64,000 nt of DNA from an uncultured Methanosarcinales archaeon (GTDB taxonomy: Archaea; Nanobdellota; Nanobdellia; Woesearchaeales; CAZYIM01). Both the position numbers and the translations under genes were made by a program. The stretch covers positions 32,001 to 96,000 of the forward strand of contig CAZYIM010000001.1 of NCBI GenBank assembly GCA_964647565.1. Direction: 5' to 3'. This document shows, one piece after another, positions 8,633-18,923 of the stretch. The notes beneath the pieces were generated by a model. That model was given only the letters and a program-made list of their open reading frames with translations. It searched no databases and had not been told where the DNA came from. The first letter of the stretch is position 1. Each line of letters opens with the position of its first letter.

Positions 8633-9835
8633 ATGTTTTGGCAGATTTTGCTCGCAATAACCCTTGGTGTGACTTCAGGGATTCTTACAGGCCTGATTCC
8701 AGGCATCCATGTAAACCTGGTCTCTTTGATAGCTTTATCTCTTTCACCATTGCTTCTGCAGTTTGTCTCTCCAGTCACTATTGCTGTCTTTATCATCTGC
8801 CTGGCAGTGACTCATTCGTTTCTTGATTCGATTCCTTCAATATATTTAGGTGCTCCAGATGAAGCCCAGGCATTGTCTGTGTTACCAGGTCATCGGATGC
8901 TATTAGAAGGCAGGGGCTATGACGCACTCAAACTCACTCTTGTTGGAAGTTTCTTTTCTTTATTGCTTTGTTTGGTACTTGTGCCCCTGTTTCTCCCGCT
9001 TGTTGAACTCGTCTATCCGATCATCAAGAATTTCATCGGCTATATATTGATAGCTGTCATGGCTTACCTGATCTTAAAGGACAACAAGAGAAAATATAAC
9101 TTCCTGGTTTTTGCATTGAGCGGCTGCCTCGGCTTTGTTGTTCTGAACATCCCTAATGTTGATAATGTTCTCTTCCCTCTGCTATCCGGCTTGTTTGGTT
9201 TTTCAGTCTTGATAACCAGCATCATGCAAAACTCCAGGATCCCAAAGCAAGAAATCTCCAAGAAAACAGATATTGAAAGAAAGACCATTGCCAAGGCAGT
9301 CGCAGGCGCAACCACTGTCGGCTTCATCGCTTCTTTCCTTCCTGGTTTTGGCTCCAGCCAGGCAGCTATCATAGCAACACAAGTTCTAAGAAACATCGGC
9401 AACAATGGCTTTTTAATTCTAGTCGGAGGCATTAATACTGTCAACTTCACCTTGAGCTTGATCACATTATATATAATAGACAAAGCAAGGAATGGAGCTG
9501 TTGTGGCTATTTCACAAATTGTTGATAAAACCACACTGACAGAACTAAGCATTTACTTTTCTGGCGCACTTATCGCAGGCAGTATTGCGGTCTTTTTAGC
9601 CCTATCCATTGCCAAGATATTCTCAAAAATGATCTCAAAGGTCAACTACAAAGTCCTTGTTCTCTCAATCATAGGATTCACAATAATATTGGTATTTTAT
9701 TTCAGCGGAGGGCTTGGCCTTGCCATTTTAATTACAGCCACAGCCCTTGGCTTCTTTGCAGGCTTGTTAGGCGTTGGCAAGAACCACTGTCTAGGTTGTC
9801 TGATTGTGCCCGTTATCTGTTATTTTGTATTATAG
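8633..9835 (+). CDS. tripartite tricarboxylate transporter TctA family (archaeal DUF112-type) membrane protein
   Basis: GLIPGIHVN and SIYLGAPD...VLPGHRMLLEGRG motifs; many TM helices. Confidence 0.85.
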   Translation: MFWQILLAITLGVTSGILTGLIPGIHVNLVSLIALSLSPLLLQFVSPVTIAVFIICLAVTHSFLDSIPSIYLGAPDEAQALSVLPGHRMLLEGRGYDALKLTLVGSFFSLLLCLVLVPLFLPLVELVYPIIKNFIGYILIAVMAYLILKDNKRKYNFLVFALSGCLGFVVLNIPNVDNVLFPLLSGLFGFSVLITSIMQNSRIPKQEISKKTDIERKTIAKAVAGATTVGFIASFLPGFGSSQAAIIATQVLRNIGNNGFLILVGGINTVNFTLSLITLYIIDKARNGAVVAISQIVDKTTLTELSIYFSGALIAGSIAVFLALSIAKIFSKMISKVNYKVLVLSIIGFTIILVFYFSGGLGLAILITATALGFFAGLLGVGKNHCLGCLIVPVICYFVL

Positions 9836-9850
9836 AAAGCTTTAAATATG

Positions 9851-9906
9851 TGTGGTGACTAACTTAAGAAAAATAGAGAAAATTTTTTATTTGTGGTGAC
9901 TAACTT
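9851..9906 (+). repeat. 15-bp direct repeat TGTGGTGACTAACTT x2 upstream of / overlapping the fic start
   Basis: Exact copies at 9851-9865 and 9892-9906. Confidence 0.8.
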
Positions 9907-10783
9907 GGTCTTTGTAAGAAAGAAAAATATCAAGGGAAGGGAGTATTATTATCTTGTTAAATCTACAAGGCAGGGTAAAAAATGGAAGAAGATAGAGAGA
10001 TATGTGGGTATTAATCCTCCTTCTGAAAAAGACATAAACTGTTTCAATCAAGAAATTGATAGTGTTAAGAAATTCCTTGACTCAAAAAAAGAGACTTTGC
10101 TAAATATCGAGAGAAAATATCAGGCATGGTTAAAATCTGCAAAAACAGATCAGCTGCATAATTATGAAGATGAGATAATCATAAGGTTCACGTATGATAC
10201 CAGCCGGATTGAGGGATTAAGCTTGACTTACAAGGATACCCGTCTCCTGCTCCAACAAGGCATAACCCCTTCCCAAAAGCCAATAAGAGACATAAAAGAG
10301 ACTGAAAACCACAAGAAAGCATTCTTGTTCATAAAAGAATGCCTAGGAAAAACAATCACTAAAGATTTCATATTTGAACTGCACAGGCTGCTAAAAGAGG
10401 GAGTGTCAGAAGATGCAGGGAGTTTCAGGAACGCTAATGTAATTGTGGGCGATTTGATTCCAATAAAACCTTCTTTAATAGAGCAAGAGATCAACAATCT
10501 TCTTGTCTGGCTGCAAAAGAACAAGAACTTGCATCCCCTAGAAAAGGCAGCTATATTTCACAGCATCTTTGAGAGGATACATCCTTTTTTTGATGGCAAC
10601 GGAAGAGTGGGTCGATTGCTGTTGAACTTCATCATGCTAAAGAACAACTTTCCGATAATCATTGTTCAGAACAAAAACAAGAGAAGATACTACACTGCAT
10701 TAAGAAGGGCTGATCAAGGCAACTATCTTTTCATGGTTAAGTATCTTTTTTCTGAATTAATAAGGCAGCCTTATTTAAATTAG
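9893..10783 (+). CDS. Fic family protein (class II) with an N-terminal basic beta-strand domain
   Basis: Canonical HPFFDGNGRVGR motif; inhibitory TSRIEG motif; start may be TTG 9905. Confidence 0.92.
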   Translation: MVTNLVFVRKKNIKGREYYYLVKSTRQGKKWKKIERYVGINPPSEKDINCFNQEIDSVKKFLDSKKETLLNIERKYQAWLKSAKTDQLHNYEDEIIIRFTYDTSRIEGLSLTYKDTRLLLQQGITPSQKPIRDIKETENHKKAFLFIKECLGKTITKDFIFELHRLLKEGVSEDAGSFRNANVIVGDLIPIKPSLIEQEINNLLVWLQKNKNLHPLEKAAIFHSIFERIHPFFDGNGRVGRLLLNFIMLKNNFPIIIVQNKNKRRYYTALRRADQGNYLFMVKYLFSELIRQPYLN

Positions 10784-10868
10784 AATCAAACCACCTAAAA
10801 AAATAAGCGGAATTTTAATGTTTTTAAAACACAAAATATTATAAGCACTTTCCAAACTCTAAAAGTTC

Positions 10869-12953
10869 ATGAGCAGCGAACTAGACTACATCGGAATATT
10901 AAAAGCATTAAGAGACATACCTTTTGGTGTTGGAAAAAAACTGTTAATAGAATATCTTCAAGGAAAAGACAGCCATGAATCCATAGTTAGAAACAAGCTG
11001 GACAAACTAGACTCTTTTGGCAGCCTGGCATATGATACTGATGAACTTGAAAAGTTGATAAATAATCTGATCTTAAATAGTCTGATTAAGCAAGTGTCAA
11101 TCAGGGGCAATCGTTTCTGGAAAGTGATGGAACTCAGCCGAGAAGGGAGCAAGGAAATAGATAATCCTCAACTATATAAAAAAAAGATATCCTATAACAT
11201 AAAAACAAAGACAACAAAAATCACTGATCAGGATAAAAAGCGGTTCACAGCATTTGGCGTATTCCTTGATAAGTACAACGACGAACAAAAGAAAGCTATA
11301 ATCTGCAACAACAATCACATCCTATGCATTGCAGGCGCAGGATCCGGCAAGACAACAGTTTTGGCAAAGAAAGTTGAGTTCCTGATAAACTATCAATCAA
11401 TCGATCCAAAAAAGATACTAGCGATCACTTTCACAAGAAAAGCCAAACAGGAAATGCAGCGGCGTCTAGAAAACTTTAGTGACGTATCGATTGAGACTTT
11501 CAATTCATTCTGTGAAAAAGTCTTAAAGACGTACAATGATATGGTATATGATCGCGAGGTTCGCATGATAAGTTATCGGGATAAGATACAGATGACCCGC
11601 AAGGCTTTAACCAAGCTTGGCACAAGCATGAGTTCTGCAATCAACCAGTATTTTTCAGTCGGCCAAAGAAGAGGCAAGACTCAGGAACAGTTGGCGAACA
11701 TTTTCATGAATGACTGCTTTTTTATACGTGATTATCTAAAATCAAAAGGGAAAAACTCAGCAGAATTTGATACGAGCGATCCTGCAGCACAACTGGTTTT
11801 TGGCGTAGGCAACTATATAGATGCACACATGAAAAGAAACGGCCAGAGGGATTTCACTGACCAACTCATCGATACAATCAGGTTATTTAAAGAAAAGAAG
11901 GAATTAATATCAGATTATGATTATGTATTAATCGACGAATACCAGGATATCAACCCTTCACAGATAAGCCTAATCGAATTAATAAATCCTGCAGCGTTAT
12001 TCTGCGTCGGCGATCCGAGACAGTCCATTTTTGGGTGGCGGGGATCAAGCATAAAATATATCCTTGATTTTGAGACCAAGTATCCAGGATCAGAGACAAT
12101 AACATTAACCAAGAACTATCGTTCAAACAAGCACATAGTTGAGATGATAAATAAATCAATTACCGAGATGGGCCTCGCAGATCTTGAATCGACCATAGAT
12201 ACAGAAAAAGACATGCACCTTATGACTTTTGATTCAGAAGCTGGCGAATTTGAATTTGTTACCCAGAAGATCATAGCTTCAACATTACCAAGAGAAGAAA
12301 TATTTGTTCTTGCAAGAACCAACAGGCAGCTGGCAGAATTATCAGCCAAACTAAAGACTGTTGGCATAAAACATGTCCTAAAGAGTGATGAGATAAACAG
12401 GAGCATCGAGGCCAAAACAGGAGAAGTGACATTAGCTACGATCCATGCCATAAAAGGCCTTGAAGCAGAGATGGTCTTTGTAATCGGCTGCACATCTCTA
12501 AATTTTCCCTGCAGAGGAAGTGAGCATCCAGTGATTGACATGGTAAAAGTGGATGAATATGATAAAGAGGAGGAAGAAAAAAGACTTTTTTATGTCGCTA
12601 TGAGTCGGGCGAAAAATCATCTATTCCTGACGTATTCAGGAAAAAAGCACACTCATTTTATCACCAAAGACATGCTTGAGTTGATAAGAAAATCCAAGAT
12701 TGATATTGAGCCTATGCAAAGTTCAAAAACAGCAGCCAGGGGAGATCTTAACGACAGGTTAAGGGCCTGGCGAAAGCGTGTTAGCTCAGACATGAATGTT
12801 GCAGCATTCATGATACTGCATGACAGGACACTAATAGATCTTGCACAAAACCCGCCCACAACTAAACAAGAGCTGGAGAATATCCATGGAATGGGTCCTG
12901 CCAAGATTCTGAAGTACGGCGATGAACTGATTGATGTGATAAATAATAAGTGA
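10869..12953 (+). CDS. UvrD/Rep-family SF1 helicase with an N-terminal RQC-like domain and a C-terminal HRDC domain
   Basis: AGAGSGKT, ITFTRKA, IDEYQD, VGDPRQSIFGWRG, NYRS, TIHAIKGLE and EEKRLFYVAMSRA motifs; HRDC LRAWR...HDRTL...IHGMGPAKILKYG. Confidence 0.92.
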   Translation: MSSELDYIGILKALRDIPFGVGKKLLIEYLQGKDSHESIVRNKLDKLDSFGSLAYDTDELEKLINNLILNSLIKQVSIRGNRFWKVMELSREGSKEIDNPQLYKKKISYNIKTKTTKITDQDKKRFTAFGVFLDKYNDEQKKAIICNNNHILCIAGAGSGKTTVLAKKVEFLINYQSIDPKKILAITFTRKAKQEMQRRLENFSDVSIETFNSFCEKVLKTYNDMVYDREVRMISYRDKIQMTRKALTKLGTSMSSAINQYFSVGQRRGKTQEQLANIFMNDCFFIRDYLKSKGKNSAEFDTSDPAAQLVFGVGNYIDAHMKRNGQRDFTDQLIDTIRLFKEKKELISDYDYVLIDEYQDINPSQISLIELINPAALFCVGDPRQSIFGWRGSSIKYILDFETKYPGSETITLTKNYRSNKHIVEMINKSITEMGLADLESTIDTEKDMHLMTFDSEAGEFEFVTQKIIASTLPREEIFVLARTNRQLAELSAKLKTVGIKHVLKSDEINRSIEAKTGEVTLATIHAIKGLEAEMVFVIGCTSLNFPCRGSEHPVIDMVKVDEYDKEEEEKRLFYVAMSRAKNHLFLTYSGKKHTHFITKDMLELIRKSKIDIEPMQSSKTAARGDLNDRLRAWRKRVSSDMNVAAFMILHDRTLIDLAQNPPTTKQELENIHGMGPAKILKYGDELIDVINNK

Positions 12954-12985
12954 ATCTACACAAGAGATGATCATTTAATTAATCC

Positions 12986-13681
12986 CTAACTCTGCTTAAG
13001 AATATTGAATATACCCGGATTTTCTATTGCTGCTCTGCCTATCATTGCACCTCGCACCCCAATAGATTTCAGATATTGTATCTGCTCATTGTTATTGATA
13101 TCGCCGTTTGCAATGATGATCTTACCAGTCTTGACAATCTCGTTGTAGACACTAAAGTCTGCAGGATCATCGTAGCTCTCTTTACCATGTCTTGCATGGA
13201 TTACAAAGAACTCCGCATCCACTTCATTTATCAGGTTAAGATAGGTTTTCTTTTCTTTTTCAAACTGGTTCATGCCCAGTCTTAACTTTATAGATACAGG
13301 ATAGTCATGATCTTGAATTGTCTGGACCATTTCCTGGACTCTGCGTATTCTTTTGATCAAAGCGCAGCCCAGGCCTCTTTGGACCATGTTCATGCTTGGG
13401 CAGCCTAAGTTCAGATTAAATCCTAAGAATCCTTCCTGCGATCTAAAATTCTGCAGAAACTTATCAAGGTCTTTGACACTGGATCCTATCAGCTGGATGT
13501 AAGTCGGAATCGGTTTAGGAATCTTTATCTTCTCTATTGTGCTTTTATTATTTCTGGCTAGTGCAGATATCCTTGCCATTTCAGTGAATGTTGAATCAGC
13601 CCCGTTTTGGTAGCACAGCTCCCTGAATTCTGGACCTGTATGGTCTTCCATCGGTGCTACCATCAGTTCGAAGTCTTTCAT
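12986..13681 (-). CDS. tRNA-dihydrouridine synthase family protein (short)
   Basis: APME, FTEM, NLNLGCP, SIKLRLG, IHAR, IANGDI and MIGRAA motifs. Confidence 0.88.
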   Translation of the reverse strand: MKDFELMVAPMEDHTGPEFRELCYQNGADSTFTEMARISALARNNKSTIEKIKIPKPIPTYIQLIGSSVKDLDKFLQNFRSQEGFLGFNLNLGCPSMNMVQRGLGCALIKRIRRVQEMVQTIQDHDYPVSIKLRLGMNQFEKEKKTYLNLINEVDAEFFVIHARHGKESYDDPADFSVYNEIVKTGKIIIANGDINNNEQIQYLKSIGVRGAMIGRAAIENPGIFNILKQS

Positions 13682-13725
13682 CAGAAATGTTAGTGAGAAG
13701 TGATTTAAAAAATATATGAATTCAT

Positions 13726-16437
13726 CTATTCAAGCCTGCCCAGAACATCGCCGAGCTTGTCGAAGTTCTCACCAAAGGCAGTCCAGTTATTGCCCATCGA
13801 TTCAATGATCATGTCATAGTATTCCTGGGCCTGAGCAATCAACTCTTGGTTGGTCTGCGATTCTGTTCCAGCCTCGACTGGCTTTGGGGTGGGCTTCTTT
13901 TTTCCAAACAGAACCTCAAGAGCAATGTCAAGATTCTCTTCCATCACAACCCTCTCGCCGTCAGAGACAAGCACTCTCTTCAGTTCAGGAAGCTGTCCGG
14001 TCTCTGCCTGGATATACAGGGGTTCTATATATAGGAGACTGTTTTTTATGGGTATGACCAAGAGGTTCCCTCTTGTGATCCTTGAACCTTGCTGCGACCA
14101 AAGTGTCAACTGCTGTGAAATTTCAGAATCCTGGTCAAACTTGGCCTCTATTTGCAGAGGACCGTAAACAAGCTTATCTTTTGGAAATTTATAGAGCAGG
14201 AGCTTGCCATAGTTCTCATTATCTGATCTTGCAGCCATCCAGGCTATCATGTTATCTTTCCTGATAGGCGTAAATGAGCTCATCAGCACAAACTCCTCTT
14301 CATTTTCCCCAGGCAGCTTGATTATTATATAATAGGGATCAACCTTCACCTTCTGTCCAGTCCCGTATGTCTCAAATGGGATCTGCCAGGCATCCTCTTT
14401 ATTGTAGAACACAGTAACATCATTCATGTGATATGTGCTGTAGATATCTGCCTGCACCTTAAAGAGATCTTCAGGATATCTTATATGCTGTTTCAAGCCC
14501 TCAGGCATCATATCAAATGACTTGAACTGTTTGGGAAATATCCGGGAATACGTCACAAGCAGAGGATCATCGATATCAACAACATAATATGTGACATCAC
14601 CATCATAAGCATCTACAACTATTTTTAAAGAGTTTCTCATATAGTTGATCCGTCCGAATTTCTGTGAATAAGGAAAATTGCCTGTTACAGTATAGGCATC
14701 CTGGATCCAGAATAGTTTTCCATTGTCTATCACCAGGTAAGGATCATGATCTAAAATCAAGAAAGGTGTTATCTTGGATATTCTTTCCTGAATCTGCCTG
14801 TCAAAGAGTATTCTGCTCTCAGCATTCACATCTGATGAAAGCAGTATCTTTATGTCACTAAACCTTATTGCCATAAACAACTTCTTAAAGAATGAGTTGA
14901 GCAAAATGCCACCTGCCCCGTCATATTGGATATATTCGTTAGAGTTTCCTTTTGGATAGTCAAATTCTTCTGTGCCTGTATTTGCCAATATGAACTCATT
15001 GTCATTCTCCCCATAATAAATCTGCGGCTTATCAATCCTTATTGTCTCTTCATCCACATTATATATAGGAGGTATATCCTTTATCAGGTAATTAGGCAAG
15101 CCCTGTTTGGTCACTGAATTCACCGGACTCATCACAACGCCATAGCCATGAGTGTAGATCATATGCAGGTTTACCCAGGTCTTGGCATTCTCAGCTATCT
15201 GCTTTTGGTTCATCTCTCTTGGTGCAAGCATGACCTCTGTGTACTTGCCATCGATTTCATACCTGTCAATGTCTATTCCTGACAAGTCATAGTACAATCT
15301 TATCTCCTGGGTTTGCTTATAGGTCTGCATTAGAGGTCTCCAGTCCAGTATCCTCACATTCTCCATTGTTTCAGAAGCGTTCTCAATGGCTGATAGCGTT
15401 ACCATCTCCACTGAAAAGTCTTTTTCCTCAACATCAGAAAGGCCATAGGCTATCCTGGTAAATTTGATGTTGTTCTCAATGTAAGGCTTCTCAAGGTTTA
15501 TCTCGTTGGGCGAGACAACAAGATTCTGGATAATTCCAGTAAGAATGCCGGGCACTATCAGAAATGCAATAAAATATATTACAACAGCAATCGCCAGGAT
15601 ATGTCTTTTCCTAAGTTTTTGCCGTTTTGAAATTATAAAGATCCAGATATAGAATAATGCTGCCATAAATATGGCCAGGACCATCAATACTTTAACAAGA
15701 GGTAAAAATGCCATTACGTCTGTATAGCCTGCACCTACAACAATGCCTTTTTCAGAGTACATTATCGAGAACCTCTCAAGATAATGCTTAATCGCGAGCA
15801 GGATAAAGAAGAATGATGCCAATACAGAAAGATGTACAAGCGCTTTTTGCTTTAATTGTTGAAAAACTGTCTTGAAGCTCTTGCCCGCAGACATATCTGG
15901 TGTGAACATCTGTACTTTTGGCTGCTTGATGGAATCTACAATGAAAGACTGCAGGTAATCGATAAGCACAACTATTATTGTCAAGACAACGCAGGCCAGT
16001 GCAAAGTCCCAGACTGCAAGCATGAATGGAAGAGAGAAAATATAGAAAGACACCTCTTTTAGGAATATAGGATCTGTAAGATTAAAAGGAACCTGGTGAA
16101 AGTATTGCAGCACTGTAAACCATTTCTGGCTACTGCTCATTCCAACAAATAATGCCAAAACCAAGCTGACCAAGAGTTTTATCTTAAATGCGATGATAGA
16201 TTTATTTAATCTGGTTGATATTGCAAGGTTGACAAGCATAAATACTAGGAATATGATAACTGATATGAAAAATAGCAAAATCTTGGTCTCTAAGGTAATC
16301 ATAAATATCTTCTTAAAACCCAAGGCATCAAACCAGAAGTAATCAGTCACAAAAGTAGCTATCCTTGAGATTGACATGAAGAAAAGAATTATCAAGGCAA
16401 TTATTATTGCATATATACCGTTCTTAGATTTAGGCAT
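13726..16437 (-). CDS. UPF0182 family membrane protein
   Basis: DYFWF, DPIF...FYIFSLP, DIDRY, YTHGYG, NYMRNS and RGNLLVIP motifs; start set at MPKSK (16437). Confidence 0.92.
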   Translation of the reverse strand: MPKSKNGIYAIIIALIILFFMSISRIATFVTDYFWFDALGFKKIFMITLETKILLFFISVIIFLVFMLVNLAISTRLNKSIIAFKIKLLVSLVLALFVGMSSSQKWFTVLQYFHQVPFNLTDPIFLKEVSFYIFSLPFMLAVWDFALACVVLTIIVVLIDYLQSFIVDSIKQPKVQMFTPDMSAGKSFKTVFQQLKQKALVHLSVLASFFFILLAIKHYLERFSIMYSEKGIVVGAGYTDVMAFLPLVKVLMVLAIFMAALFYIWIFIISKRQKLRKRHILAIAVVIYFIAFLIVPGILTGIIQNLVVSPNEINLEKPYIENNIKFTRIAYGLSDVEEKDFSVEMVTLSAIENASETMENVRILDWRPLMQTYKQTQEIRLYYDLSGIDIDRYEIDGKYTEVMLAPREMNQKQIAENAKTWVNLHMIYTHGYGVVMSPVNSVTKQGLPNYLIKDIPPIYNVDEETIRIDKPQIYYGENDNEFILANTGTEEFDYPKGNSNEYIQYDGAGGILLNSFFKKLFMAIRFSDIKILLSSDVNAESRILFDRQIQERISKITPFLILDHDPYLVIDNGKLFWIQDAYTVTGNFPYSQKFGRINYMRNSLKIVVDAYDGDVTYYVVDIDDPLLVTYSRIFPKQFKSFDMMPEGLKQHIRYPEDLFKVQADIYSTYHMNDVTVFYNKEDAWQIPFETYGTGQKVKVDPYYIIIKLPGENEEEFVLMSSFTPIRKDNMIAWMAARSDNENYGKLLLYKFPKDKLVYGPLQIEAKFDQDSEISQQLTLWSQQGSRITRGNLLVIPIKNSLLYIEPLYIQAETGQLPELKRVLVSDGERVVMEENLDIALEVLFGKKKPTPKPVEAGTESQTNQELIAQAQEYYDMIIESMGNNWTAFGENFDKLGDVLGRLE

Positions 16438-16551
16438 ACAGAAGCTAATACAATATGCTATAAAAATGTTGTGAAAACTCGCATATCTTGTCTGCCATTT
16501 ATTCCTTAAATCAAAAACTATATAAAACAGCATTTTAAAAAATATAATAAT

Positions 16552-17034
16552 ATGCATGGATTAGCTCATTTATTGTTTGCAGTCAACATCTGCCTTTTGA
16601 TCTCGTTGTTCTATCCTTTGCAATTGCATAACATCCTGCTCGCTTCAGTCATATTTTCACTTTGCATTGACATGGATCATTGGTTCTCTGAAAAGAGACA
16701 AAGATCTAACGATCATCTCAAGACCTGGATTCAGGAGCCATTCGGCTTAGTTTTTGTTGCTCTGCCGATTGCACTTATACTTTGGTACTTTCTGAGTGTT
16801 GAATGGTTCATACTTACGCTAGTCACTTATGGATCGCACATATTGCTGGATTATCTCTCAAAAAATGAGAGCTCTCCGCTTGCACCGTTTAATAAGAAGG
16901 CTTTCAAAAGAGCTGATAGCTGCTTCTTCATACCAATAGGCGATGAGCATAAGTTCAAGAAAGGCATCCATGAGAATGTCCTCAATGGATTTCTTATTTT
17001 GATATTCATCTTTCTTATTCTTATCAAGTTCTGA
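16552..17034 (+). CDS. membrane metal-dependent hydrolase (YdjM-like)
   Basis: AHLL, IDMDH, SHILLD and PLAPF motifs. Confidence 0.7.
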   Translation: MHGLAHLLFAVNICLLISLFYPLQLHNILLASVIFSLCIDMDHWFSEKRQRSNDHLKTWIQEPFGLVFVALPIALILWYFLSVEWFILTLVTYGSHILLDYLSKNESSPLAPFNKKAFKRADSCFFIPIGDEHKFKKGIHENVLNGFLILIFIFLILIKF

Positions 17035-17103
17035 ATTGTTTGACAATTGTCCAGTAGTGACTTTCAGAAAAATTTATTAAGGTTTTAAATTTCCTGATTT
17101 TTA

Positions 17104-17970
17104 ATGAACGCAATGGATATAGTTCAATCTTTAGAAGGTGAAAAGCGCACCAAAAGAAGAGAGATAATAGTTGGCCAATTGGAAACAATGGATGTCACAT
17201 ATAAAGCCAATAATTTCGGCTTTGGACAAAATATTATTGTATCTTCAGGAAAAGAATATAAAATCGGTATCGGATGCCACTATGATGCTGTGCCAGGAAG
17301 TCCAGGTGCTAATGACAATGCATCTTCTGTTGCAGCCACACTTTCACTTATTGAACGGTTTGAAAAAGAGCCGACCAAGAACATCGGAATAAGGTACTTC
17401 TTCTTTGATATGGAAGAATCCGGATTAATTGGTTCTCATACATATCTTCTCACCCATAAGATCAATAAACTCATCGGATTATATAACATGGAGATGGTAG
17501 GCGACGGCAATAGACTGGCACTCTGGCAATTGAAGGATCAGACTACCAGTTATCTGGCTTCATCCCTGGAGTCTGTGGCCCAAGAGATGGGAATTGGCAT
17601 AGGGCGTTTTGATAATATTGCTAATATAGCTGACTCCGAGCCTTTTGTCATGGCAGGAGGAATGAAGGAAGCATTCACCATCACAGCCATCAATGATGAA
17701 GACCTGCCCTATGTTGACGAATACTACCAAGCTTATGAAAAGGGCGCATCATTTTTAGAACTTTCAGAGTTACTGCTTAAGGTACCAATGATGAGACACT
17801 ATCACAAATCTTCTGATAAGTCAGAGTATCTTAGGGAAGAATCATTACAGATGACAACAGACGCAGTATTCAATGCTGTCAAAAGGCTTGATGATCAGTG
17901 GAAAATACCAGGTTTTCAAGAGAAAGTCATGGCCAACAGACGCCGTACTCTTTCTAAGCAAAAAACATAA
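17104..17970 (+). CDS. M28 family peptidase
   Basis: HYDAVPGSPGANDNAS, FDMEESGLIGS, NMEMVG and YHKSSD motifs. Confidence 0.9.
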   Translation: MNAMDIVQSLEGEKRTKRREIIVGQLETMDVTYKANNFGFGQNIIVSSGKEYKIGIGCHYDAVPGSPGANDNASSVAATLSLIERFEKEPTKNIGIRYFFFDMEESGLIGSHTYLLTHKINKLIGLYNMEMVGDGNRLALWQLKDQTTSYLASSLESVAQEMGIGIGRFDNIANIADSEPFVMAGGMKEAFTITAINDEDLPYVDEYYQAYEKGASFLELSELLLKVPMMRHYHKSSDKSEYLREESLQMTTDAVFNAVKRLDDQWKIPGFQEKVMANRRRTLSKQKT

Positions 17971-17995
17971 AAACACTTGAAACAAGAAATTTCGC

Positions 17996-18709
17996 ATGGA
18001 CATAAAAAAGAGTTATCTCATCAACATACTGGTAATCTTCCTTGTTTTTGCGTCAGGCCTTATAAGATTCTGGTTTAAGGCGAGAGATGTAGAATTGAGC
18101 ATTGGTTCTAACATCGCACCCTTATTTGGCGGAGGTATTTTTGTAATCATTTTGGTTACTGCGTTCGGATTCTCATATTACAGGAGTAAGAAGGGAAACA
18201 AGATCTTTTCTGATTTTGCAATGAGATATGGTCTTAAGCACATTCCGCATTCCACCTTTGGCACAAGAGGTTCGATCTCCGGAAGATACAGGGGATTTTC
18301 AGTGGTCATGAGCAATATCACCAAAGGGTATGGAAAAAGCCGAAAGCAACTATTCTGTATTTCCTTTGGTAATCTCGGATTGCCTACCTATAAGGAGTTT
18401 TTAGCGGTTCCAAAATGGCTGAAGAGCTATTTCACTACATCATCCGCATCTAAGGAGGTCACTAGGGATAATCAGCAAATTGATAAGAAATACAGTCTTA
18501 CTGCTGATGACCCATCATTATTGAAGAAGATTCTTGATGACGTCACCATGATAAGACTCATTGAAAACAAATGGCTGTTGGAACTTAAGACCTGCAGCAT
18601 CAATGTGGTAAAAGAGGGTTATATCAAGAATGTCTCAGAGATGGAAGAGATCTTCAGGTTTGGCTTGAAGCTGGCTGAAAGATTGAGGGATAGTGTGAAT
18701 TATAGGTGA
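17996..18709 (+). CDS. hypothetical membrane protein (2 TM plus a soluble domain)
   Basis: Two N-terminal hydrophobic helices. Confidence 0.7.
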   Translation: MDIKKSYLINILVIFLVFASGLIRFWFKARDVELSIGSNIAPLFGGGIFVIILVTAFGFSYYRSKKGNKIFSDFAMRYGLKHIPHSTFGTRGSISGRYRGFSVVMSNITKGYGKSRKQLFCISFGNLGLPTYKEFLAVPKWLKSYFTTSSASKEVTRDNQQIDKKYSLTADDPSLLKKILDDVTMIRLIENKWLLELKTCSINVVKEGYIKNVSEMEEIFRFGLKLAERLRDSVNYR

Positions 18710-18712
18710 AAA

Positions 18713-18922
18713 ATGAGAACTTTTGTGAAAGTGTGCCCAAAATGTGGAAGTGTTAATATAGCCAATCAAGGCATCAGGATTCTTTTAGAATATTGTAAGG
18801 ACTGCGGATATGGAATCAAAGATGGCCAATGCAATCAAGTAATTTTTCCTGAGATAGATTTCAATAAACTGGACAGATTTAGGGAAGAACTAAAAAAGCA
18901 AAAAGAAAAAAAGCCGGGCTAA
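18713..18922 (+). CDS. small zinc-ribbon protein
   Basis: CPKCGS...CKDCGY; GGTGA RBS. Confidence 0.7.
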   Translation: MRTFVKVCPKCGSVNIANQGIRILLEYCKDCGYGIKDGQCNQVIFPEIDFNKLDRFREELKKQKEKKPG

Positions 18923-18923
18923 T

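Noticed and set aside
2714..12970. GAATCTACAC shared downstream of two genes (near 2715 and 12952)
   Set aside because: Only a 10-nt match in two places, which is compatible with chance.
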